Shown piece by piece: positions 56,665 to 64,000 of a DNA stretch of 64,000 bases. The DNA is taken from the NCBI GenBank assembly GCA_963676565.1, contig OY781089.1:2464001-2528000 (forward strand). Reading direction: 5' to 3'. Made by a program: the position numbers and the translations under genes. How positions within the stretch are numbered: the first letter of the stretch is position 1; every line of letters starts with the position of its first letter. Below the pieces are notes generated by a model. The model was not told the origin of the DNA. It did no database searches and saw nothing but the letters and a program-made list of their open reading frames with translations. This DNA is from Halarcobacter sp. (GTDB taxonomy: Bacteria; Campylobacterota; Campylobacteria; Campylobacterales; Arcobacteraceae).

Positions 56665-58461
56665 TTGAATAATTATGGTATTGACATTTGGGCTGATGAT
56701 AATTTTTTAATTGAAGAGGGTGTTGTTAAAATCAACCATGCTTCAAAGCCTTCATTAATTGAAATGGTAAAAGAGATAAGAGAGAAGGACTATAAAGGAC
56801 CTTTACTTTTTAGATTTCCACATCTTATACAAAAACAAATAGATAAACTATTTAATCTATATAATAATGCTATAGATGAATATAATTACAAGGGAAAGTT
56901 TAATGCTGTATTTCCTTTAAAGGTTAATCAACTTCCAAACTTTATTCATCCATTAATAAAATGTGGTGAAAAATACAATTATGGATTAGAAGCTGGAAGT
57001 AAAGCTGAGCTTTTTTTAGCCATGACCTACAATAAATATGGTTCACCAATAACTGTTAATGGGTTTAAAGATAAAGAGATGATTCATTTAGCTTTTATTG
57101 CAAAAAAGATGGGACATGATATTACTGTAATCATTGAAGGGTTAAATGAACTTGAAACAATATTAGAAGTTGAAAAAGAAACAAATTTACCAACTCCTAG
57201 TATTGGAATTAGAGTTAGATTATTTAATAGCGGAAGTGGAGCATGGGCAAAATCTGGTGGAATTGATGCAAAATTTGGATTAAGTTCAACGGAGATTCTT
57301 GAAGCCTTTGAGATGCTTGAAGAAAACAACTTATCTGATATGCTTACAATGATTCATTTCCATATTGGTTCAGCAATGAATACAATTAAGCCCCTTAAAA
57401 ATGCCCTTAAAGAGGCTGGACACATCTATGCGGAATTAAAAAACCTTGGTGCTACAAAATTAAATGCTATTAACATTGGTGGTGGTTTAGCCGTTGAGTA
57501 TTCTCAATTTCAAAGAACTTTACAATATAGCTTACAAGAGTTTGCAAATGATGTAATATTTACACTAAAAAATATTGCAAAACAAAAAGGGGTAGAAGAA
57601 CCAAATATTTTTACTGAATCTGGTAGATTTATAAGTGCTTCATCAACTGTTTTAATTACTCCTGTTTTAGAACTTTTTACAGCAGAATTTGATGAAGAGC
57701 ATTTAAGATTAAAAGATATTAACCCACCACTAATTGAAGAGTTAAAAGATTTATATAATGATATAAATTCAAAAACAGCATTAGAATATATGCACGATAG
57801 TATTGATCACTTAGATTCACTATTAAAACTTTTTGATTTGGGGTATATTGATTTAGAAGATAGAAGTAATGCTGAAATTCTAACAAACCTAATTATTAAA
57901 AAAGCTATTTGGTTTTTAGAGGTTGATGATTATGATGAATTAAAAAGAATTGATAATAAGATTCAAGAAAAATATCTTGTTAACTTTTCAATTTTTCAAT
58001 CATTACCTGATTTTTGGGGTATAAAACAAGAATTTCCTATTATGCCAATTACACATTTAAATAAAAATCCAACAAGAAGTGCATCTTTATGGGATATAAC
58101 ATGTGATAGTGATGGTGAGATTGGCTTTGATCCAAATAAACCACTTTTTTTACATGATTTAGATTTAAAAAAAGAGGAGTATTATCTTGGTTTTTTCCAT
58201 GTAGGTGCATATCAAGATATACTAGGTATGAGGCATAATTTATTCTCTCACCCAACAGAAATAAATGTTATATTTGAAAATAATGAAGTTAAACTAGAAA
58301 ATATTTTAGAATCTCAAAAGATAATTGATATCCTTGAAGATATAGATTATGATACAAAACAAATCAAAGAAGTTTTAAAAAAGAATTTAGATAACAATAC
58401 GTATAAGATACTAAAAAAATATTTACATGACAATAGTTATCTAAAAACGACTTGGAGCTAA
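56665..58461 (+). CDS. speA: Biosynthetic arginine decarboxylase
   Basis: FPLKVNQ, GLEAGSKAEL, NGFKD, HFHIGS, IGGGL, ESGR, DITCDSDG, GAYQ. Confidence 0.95.
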   Translation: MNNYGIDIWADDNFLIEEGVVKINHASKPSLIEMVKEIREKDYKGPLLFRFPHLIQKQIDKLFNLYNNAIDEYNYKGKFNAVFPLKVNQLPNFIHPLIKCGEKYNYGLEAGSKAELFLAMTYNKYGSPITVNGFKDKEMIHLAFIAKKMGHDITVIIEGLNELETILEVEKETNLPTPSIGIRVRLFNSGSGAWAKSGGIDAKFGLSSTEILEAFEMLEENNLSDMLTMIHFHIGSAMNTIKPLKNALKEAGHIYAELKNLGATKLNAINIGGGLAVEYSQFQRTLQYSLQEFANDVIFTLKNIAKQKGVEEPNIFTESGRFISASSTVLITPVLELFTAEFDEEHLRLKDINPPLIEELKDLYNDINSKTALEYMHDSIDHLDSLLKLFDLGYIDLEDRSNAEILTNLIIKKAIWFLEVDDYDELKRIDNKIQEKYLVNFSIFQSLPDFWGIKQEFPIMPITHLNKNPTRSASLWDITCDSDGEIGFDPNKPLFLHDLDLKKEEYYLGFFHVGAYQDILGMRHNLFSHPTEINVIFENNEVKLENILESQKIIDILEDIDYDTKQIKEVLKKNLDNNTYKILKKYLHDNSYLKTTWS

Positions 58462-58462
58462 T

Positions 58463-59242
58463 ATGGAAGAGAAAAAAAATATACATGAATTGATAAAAGA
58501 AAAGATTTTAAAAGAAGAAAAGGAGTTAGGTTTATGGAAACAGATAAAAGAGGATTTTTCTGTACCTAAACTAAATGACCCTGCCCTAGATTCAAGTTTT
58601 GAACTATTTTTTAATTATCCTGGTGTTTGGGCAATTATAAACCATAGAATTGCAAATAGACTTTATAACAAAGGATGGGTAAAAATATCAAGGGCCATTG
58701 TTGGAATTGGTTCATTATTTACTAAAACAGATATTCATCCAGCAGCAACAATAGGAAGAAGAGTATTTATTGACCATGCTATTGGAGTAGTTATTGGAGC
58801 AACAGCTATCATTGAAGAAGATGTTTTAATCTATCAAGGTGTTACACTTGGTGGAGTAAGCCTTGATAAAGGGAAAAGACACCCTACTATTAGAGCAAAC
58901 TCTGTTATTGGAAGTGGAGCAAAAGTATTAGGAAACCTTGTAATAGGTAAAAATAGTAAAATTGGTGCAAACTCTGTAGTTATTTGTGATGTACCTAAAA
59001 ATTCTACAGCCGTTGGAGTTCCAGCTAAAATTATAAAAAGAGAAGATAAGAATGGAAGACTTAACCATAGTGATCTTCCAGATATCAATAAAGAGATGTT
59101 TGAATATTTATTAAAAAGAGTGGCCCTTTTAGAACATCATATGGATTCTTGTAAAGATGTTGATTTGGAAAAAGAGGAAAATGAATTAGAACACATTTAC
59201 ACAAAGTTCATTAAAGCAATGAACTCAATAGAAAAAAAGTAA
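58463..59242 (+). CDS. cysE: Serine O-acetyltransferase
   Basis: YPG, DIHPAA.IG..VFIDHA.GVVIG, GVTLGG...KRHPT, GVPA. Confidence 0.93.
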   Translation: MEEKKNIHELIKEKILKEEKELGLWKQIKEDFSVPKLNDPALDSSFELFFNYPGVWAIINHRIANRLYNKGWVKISRAIVGIGSLFTKTDIHPAATIGRRVFIDHAIGVVIGATAIIEEDVLIYQGVTLGGVSLDKGKRHPTIRANSVIGSGAKVLGNLVIGKNSKIGANSVVICDVPKNSTAVGVPAKIIKREDKNGRLNHSDLPDINKEMFEYLLKRVALLEHHMDSCKDVDLEKEENELEHIYTKFIKAMNSIEKK

Positions 59243-59247
59243 CCTAA

Positions 59248-59991
59248 TTGATTGAACTTTTACTTTTTGGAATAATCACAGGTTTTGTATCTGGTTTCTT
59301 TGGTATTGGTGGAGGTACTATTTTAGTTCCAATGCTGTTACTTTCAGGTTTCATTATCAAAGAAGCAATTGCAATCTCAATAATGCAAATGGTATTTAGT
59401 TCAATATATGGCTCATTTTTAAATGCAAAAAAAGCCAAAAATATTTTTAAAGATGGTTTTATCTTAGGAGTTGGGGGATTTGTAGGAGGTCTTCAAAACA
59501 GTTTTGTACACTCACTTGTATCAAATGAGTTTTTACAATACCTATTTATTATAATAATCGTTCTATCTATTGTCAAAATCTTTATCTCCCCTGCACAATC
59601 TTCCCAAGAAGTTAAAAGTCATAGTAAAGCATCATTATTTATAATAGGTTTTATTGTAGGTGTTATAGCTATGAGTATTGGTGTTGGAGGTGCTATTATG
59701 TTAATACCTCTTCTTGTAGGTGTTGCTAAGTATCCATTAAAAACAGCTACAAGTCTTAGTTTATTTTTTGTAATTTTTTCTTCAATTGCTGGATTTATCT
59801 CTTTATCTTTAGCAGGACAAATGCTTTTTTATGAAGGTCTTATAGTTGGTGTAGCTTCACTCATTGGAGTATATTTTGGAATAAAGATAAAAAATACAAC
59901 ACCAATTACTTCATATAAACAATCAATTTTATTTTTAAACTTCTTAATTTTAATTACAATGATTTATGATACCTTTTTTAAAGTTTCTTAA
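59248..59991 (+). CDS. Sulfite exporter TauE/SafE family protein
   Basis: GFFGIGGG..LVP and GVGGA..LIP repeats; polytopic membrane protein. Confidence 0.88.
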   Translation: MIELLLFGIITGFVSGFFGIGGGTILVPMLLLSGFIIKEAIAISIMQMVFSSIYGSFLNAKKAKNIFKDGFILGVGGFVGGLQNSFVHSLVSNEFLQYLFIIIIVLSIVKIFISPAQSSQEVKSHSKASLFIIGFIVGVIAMSIGVGGAIMLIPLLVGVAKYPLKTATSLSLFFVIFSSIAGFISLSLAGQMLFYEGLIVGVASLIGVYFGIKIKNTTPITSYKQSILFLNFLILITMIYDTFFKVS

Positions 59992-62339
59992 TCAATATCT
60001 TTTAAGATAAAAGGAACTAAGCCACCATTTTTATATATCTGAATCTCAAATTCATTATCAAGTCTAAGTTTTAACTTTATTTGATATACTTGTTCCCCTT
60101 TATATATAAAAGTATTTAATTTCAAATCTTTTTTAATTTCACTGTTTTTAATACTTATTGATTCATAGCCTTTTAGATTTAAAAACTTTATATCGTCATC
60201 AATAAATTGTAAAGGTAAAATTCCCATTTTTATTAAATCTTTTCTATGACTTTCCCCAAATGATTTTGCAATTATTACCTTTACACCTAAAAGTTTTGTA
60301 GCTTTTGCTGCCCAGTCATTTGTTTCTCCAATACCATAATTCTCATCTGCAATTATGATTAAATCTTTTTGGGACTCTTGGGCTCTTTTTGATTTTTCAT
60401 AAAATGAGATAATCTCACCCGTTTGAAAATCTTTTGTAAATGCCCCTTCCTTTGAGACCATCATATTTTTTATTTCATTTGTATCAAAGGCACCTAAAAC
60501 CATAAGTTTACTGCACCCTCTCCTATCTTCAAAGGTTCCAAAATCAAAAGATTTTACACCTTTTTCTTGAAGAAAACTTGCAACACTAATATATGGAGTT
60601 ATTTGAATATTTGAAGAGATATTCTTAGTATTTATTTCACTATAAAATAAAGCTAAAATTTCACCATTTTCAATATTTATCTTATCTTTAAAACTCTCTT
60701 CTTTAAATGGAAATACTTGAACAAAACTAGAGTCTTCATTCCATGGGAAAGATTCACTTTTCTCAACAATAATATCTTGCCATTTTTCATTTCCTAAAAA
60801 AATGTTTTTATAAATATCTTTATACAAAGTATCATCAATTTTTTCCAAATATTTTAAAATTTCACTATGCTCTGGCCATAATTCATTTGGATTTAATTTA
60901 TCAAAAACCTTTAGTTTCATACTTCCTATTAAAGAATGAATAACAACTAAAGATGCCGACATAGTGTAATTAAGTTTGATATTTTCATTAATATAATTAT
61001 TTTCTAAAGTCCCTGAACTAATTGAACAATCAGTTAATATATTGGGACTTATTTTTTCTTCAATTTTTGTATTTGTATTTACAAAATAAAAACCTATACC
61101 CTCTAAATATTTTAATAAATCAAGATTTGCCAAATAATCATACACCGTTAAATCAGTTTTGAAAAAAGCTTTTATTTTTGAATCTATTTTAAAACCTTTT
61201 TCGTATGCTTTTTTGGCAACTAAGGCACAATGAATAATTAAAAATGGATTTAAAAAACCATTTGAAGTATCAATCAATGACAAGACTATATTTTTATCTT
61301 TAAAAACCTCATTTTTCAAATTTGGCACAACTCTTGGAAAAATATTACTTAAATCAAATTCTATACTTTCGTCATACTCTAAATTGTTTTGTTCATCTAA
61401 AAAAAGTTTTTGTGTTTTTAAATATTTATCAACTAATTTACTAAAGTCCTCATTTTGTCTAGTTTTATTGTAGTACAAAATAGTTTTTTCATCAATTGCA
61501 AAAAATGAGCATAATGCTTTATAAGAAGAAGCCTTATTTAATATCTTTGTTCTATTTTCTAGAGTTAAATATTTTAAACCATCCCCATAAAATTCGACAA
61601 TTTTCTCATCTAAATTTGCATTTTGTAAAACATCAAGTAAAACTTGTAAAAAATCTGATGATAATACTCCATCTTTTGGTTTTCCAACAACTTTTATCCC
61701 AACAACCTTGGGTAGTTTTATTTTAAGAGGTAAGCCTAATATTGTCGCTAGAGCATCAATTGATTCTAATTTATGACCTAAAACTCCAAAAGAATTTGTC
61801 ATATTATCTTTATAATCAGAAACAGCTATAGTTTCAGGAAATAAAAGAAACTTCTCTTCTATTTTTTCTATATGTAAAACAGTTGAAAGATATTCTAAAT
61901 TAATTGGATGAATTATTTTTGAGCCTGGTGGAATAACTCTTAAATTTGAAAAGCTTTTATCACACCATTTTGCAAGTTTATATGTATCATCATTTTCTTG
62001 CATATACTGAAGCAATAAGTCAACACTTAAATTCAATTTTTTGCTTTTTAACTTTTCTTCTTTTAATTTTGCAAGTTCTGTAAGTGTAGGTATCGCAGTA
62101 TATTCTTTTAAAACTACCCGTGAAGGATAAAAATTTATAAACTCATCTTTTCTATTTGTAAATATATCTAAAATCTTTTTTGTGGTTAATTCATTTTTTG
62201 AGTTTCTAATATTTGCTTCTAAAAGAATTTTCAATGAAATTGGTAATTTCTCTAATTTTGGATTGTTATTTATTATTTTGTCTAAACTAAAATAAAAAAA
62301 CCTTTCATTTTCAATTACAAAACTATCGATATATTCCAA
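59988..62339 (-). CDS. Aconitase A/IRP-fold protein with degenerate active site (probable pseudoenzyme)
   Basis: LP.SLKILLE, F.PSRV, VIPPGS.I.H.INLEYL, VEFYG, R..I.N, WP...E, RRG, DWAAK...LLGVK..IA.SF...HR..L..MGILPLQF, NGG; Fe-S cysteines absent. Confidence 0.85.
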   Translation of the reverse strand: MEYIDSFVIENERFFYFSLDKIINNNPKLEKLPISLKILLEANIRNSKNELTTKKILDIFTNRKDEFINFYPSRVVLKEYTAIPTLTELAKLKEEKLKSKKLNLSVDLLLQYMQENDDTYKLAKWCDKSFSNLRVIPPGSKIIHPINLEYLSTVLHIEKIEEKFLLFPETIAVSDYKDNMTNSFGVLGHKLESIDALATILGLPLKIKLPKVVGIKVVGKPKDGVLSSDFLQVLLDVLQNANLDEKIVEFYGDGLKYLTLENRTKILNKASSYKALCSFFAIDEKTILYYNKTRQNEDFSKLVDKYLKTQKLFLDEQNNLEYDESIEFDLSNIFPRVVPNLKNEVFKDKNIVLSLIDTSNGFLNPFLIIHCALVAKKAYEKGFKIDSKIKAFFKTDLTVYDYLANLDLLKYLEGIGFYFVNTNTKIEEKISPNILTDCSISSGTLENNYINENIKLNYTMSASLVVIHSLIGSMKLKVFDKLNPNELWPEHSEILKYLEKIDDTLYKDIYKNIFLGNEKWQDIIVEKSESFPWNEDSSFVQVFPFKEESFKDKINIENGEILALFYSEINTKNISSNIQITPYISVASFLQEKGVKSFDFGTFEDRRGCSKLMVLGAFDTNEIKNMMVSKEGAFTKDFQTGEIISFYEKSKRAQESQKDLIIIADENYGIGETNDWAAKATKLLGVKVIIAKSFGESHRKDLIKMGILPLQFIDDDIKFLNLKGYESISIKNSEIKKDLKLNTFIYKGEQVYQIKLKLRLDNEFEIQIYKNGGLVPFILKDID

Positions 62340-62412
62340 TTTTTAACCCTTTTATAACTTTATATAAAAATTATCTAATCATTATAATAAAGATTTGATT
62401 AGTTTTAAAAGT

Positions 62413-62988
62413 TTATAAATCTAAATAAGTGTTTATATCTTCTTTTGTATCAATATCAATGGCATCTTTTTTTTCTAATTTTATTGTAGGAGCATTGTTT
62501 TTTGCCAAAATTAATTTAGCTCCTTTATCCCCTTTTAGTTTTAATAAACTAGGATAATATTTTTTAGAAAATATAGCAGGAACGGTTGCTAAACTTCCAT
62601 ATTTTGATCCAATTAAAGAATCTTTTTCTAAGTTATCAATTAGTTTTTCATAATGTGATATGGGAATAAAAGGTTGATCACACAACATAATTAAGCATCT
62701 ATCATATTCTTCTATTTGCTCTACTCCAAAACTAATACTACTTGCAATACCATCATGAAACTTTTCATTTACTGCAATTGCAATTGGGTAATCAATTATC
62801 TCTTCAACAATAGTAGTTGCCTTATGTCCTAAGACTACAGTTACATTGTCACTTATATCTAATGCTTTTTCAACGACAATTTGTATTAAACTTTTGTTTT
62901 TATATTTTACTAACTGTTTAGGTTTTCCTAATCTACTTGAGGTACCTGCGGCTAAAATTAAAACTGCTAAATCATCAACTTTTTCCAA
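62413..62988 (-). CDS. MocA-like nucleotidyltransferase (molybdenum cofactor cytidylyltransferase family)
   Basis: ILAAG.SSRLG.PKQL, GIASSI, LCDQP, GDKGA, DIDT; probable TTG start at 62988. Confidence 0.88.
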   Translation of the reverse strand: MEKVDDLAVLILAAGTSSRLGKPKQLVKYKNKSLIQIVVEKALDISDNVTVVLGHKATTIVEEIIDYPIAIAVNEKFHDGIASSISFGVEQIEEYDRCLIMLCDQPFIPISHYEKLIDNLEKDSLIGSKYGSLATVPAIFSKKYYPSLLKLKGDKGAKLILAKNNAPTIKLEKKDAIDIDTKEDINTYLDL

Positions 62989-62990
62989 AA

Positions 62991-63773
62991 TTATAACTTC
63001 CCATTTTTTTTTGCTTCTATTTGTGAACAAATAGATAAAGCTATTGATTCAGGAGTATAACTTCCAATATCTATTCCAATTGGAGCAAAAAATCTTTCTT
63101 CCTTTTCTAAATGAAACTGCTCTTTTTTTCTTTTGGCATTTTTTTTATTTCCCATTAAGCCAATATAACTTATATCTGTTTTTAATAAACTCTCCAAATA
63201 AGTATCATCTGTTTTTGGGTTATGACTTAAGATTACAGCTGCATCGTAACTAAAGAAATCAAAACCTTTTATATCTTCTAATTTTTCTAAATCAATTAGC
63301 TTATCTGCTTCATTACAAAACTGTTTTTTTAATTGAACATCAATTATTGTTGTTTTCCAACCCATTAAATTTGCCATTGATATTAAAGGGCTTATATGTG
63401 CGCCACTTCCAAAAATCAAAAGGGAAAATACTTTATTAATATATTTGTCTATCCCTTCATAATCATTTTCAAAATAAAAGGGTATGGTTTTATACTTACT
63501 ATTTCCATGACCAGAACTTGGGTCTTTGGTAATTGTTTCAAAAACTATTTCCTCTTTTAATTTTAAGGCAATTTTTGAATTCTCTTTTACTTTTTCTTGC
63601 AAAAAACCACTTCCTAATACGCCTGCAAACTCAAAATCTGAGTTTACAAGCATAAGGCTTCCTTTTTTAGAAAAACTTGAGCCAGTTGTAGTTTCCACAT
63701 AAGTTAAAGCAATATCTAATTTTTTTTGTTTAGAATTATCTAAAAATCTATGTAATTGTTTATTTGAAAACAT
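62991..63773 (-). CDS. XdhC/CoxI family molybdoenzyme maturation factor
   Basis: T.GSS..K.G..M, IFGSG, LSH, YIGLMG, APIG.DIG..TPESIALSI. Confidence 0.88.
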   Translation of the reverse strand: MFSNKQLHRFLDNSKQKKLDIALTYVETTTGSSFSKKGSLMLVNSDFEFAGVLGSGFLQEKVKENSKIALKLKEEIVFETITKDPSSGHGNSKYKTIPFYFENDYEGIDKYINKVFSLLIFGSGAHISPLISMANLMGWKTTIIDVQLKKQFCNEADKLIDLEKLEDIKGFDFFSYDAAVILSHNPKTDDTYLESLLKTDISYIGLMGNKKNAKRKKEQFHLEKEERFFAPIGIDIGSYTPESIALSICSQIEAKKNGKL

Positions 63774-63776
63774 TAT

Positions 63777-64000
63777 TTATCCAAGTTTTATTGGAAAGTT
63801 TGTATATCTTTTTCCCGTTGCATCATATAACGCATTGATTACAGCTGCAAACATAGGTGGAACTCCAACTTCACCAATACCACCAATTTTTTCACCAGAA
63901 TTTATAATTTCCACATTAATATTTTCTGGGGCATCTTTAATTCTATTTACCTCATAATCGTAAAAATTGTTTTGTACCGTTGCACCATTTTCCAATGAAA
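63777..64000 (-). CDS. Xanthine dehydrogenase/isoquinoline oxidoreductase family molybdopterin-binding subunit, C-terminal end (5' part outside window)
   Basis: Q.NF.DY...R...P.I.V, GGIGEVGVPP..AAV.NA...ATGKR...P. Confidence 0.87.
   Translation of the reverse strand, partial: SLENGATVQNNFYDYEVNRIKDAPENINVEIINSGEKIGGIGEVGVPPMFAAVINALYDATGKRYTNFPIKLG

Noticed and set aside
62365..62392. Fur-like box upstream of the pseudo-aconitase
   Set aside because: Only about half of the 19-bp consensus matches; better explained as a TATAAT -10
1402..63253. The many 60-105 aa antisense ORFs in the track (e.g. 1402-1719, 24553-24855, 34342-34647, 49368-49634, 58834-59088)
   Set aside because: They lie opposite well-supported genes and lack recognisable motifs; expected shadows
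1..64000. CRISPR arrays, tRNA/rRNA genes, prophage or defence systems
   Set aside because: No spaced repeats, structured RNA-like segments or corresponding protein motifs; coding density leaves little room

Overview
AT-rich chromosomal window from a Campylobacterota bacterium, most likely Arcobacteraceae. This is inferred from gene order (rplI-hslVU-tatD-mltD-rlpA-hisB-kdsC-lptCA-yihA; ubiX-coaD-tmk-hisS-speA-cysE) and the many 'HQWRQPL'-type histidine kinases. No rRNA, tRNA, CRISPR array or intact mobile element was seen. The first ~20.7 kb is a light/photo-oxidative-stress gene island: cfa, DUF3833, a CbiX chelatase, a renalase-like oxidoreductase, an ABC1 kinase, TIGR03643, a lipocalin, three different photolyase/cryptochrome genes, hemH, SRPBCC, TIGR01777, a CrtD-like desaturase, ybgA/RudS and an embedded LytS/LytTR two-component system. 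Four promoters in this island share a motif read directly from the sequence, WAACTDACA-N9-TACHAA-N16/17-(-10), suggesting a LytTR-controlled light-stress regulon. The island's Cry-DASH has Phe at all three Trp-triad positions. The rest of the window holds an AlsT/AspA/asparaginase locus with a shared direct-repeat site, a split RND pump, orphan kinases and housekeeping genes. It also contains two apparent pseudoenzymes (an AcnA-fold protein lacking all Fe-S cysteines and a resolvase lacking its catalytic Ser), a secreted rhodanese-like protein, and the end of a xanthine-dehydrogenase-family molybdoenzyme cluster. Family calls come from motif recognition by eye; no database searches were run, and reference residue numbers are from memory.
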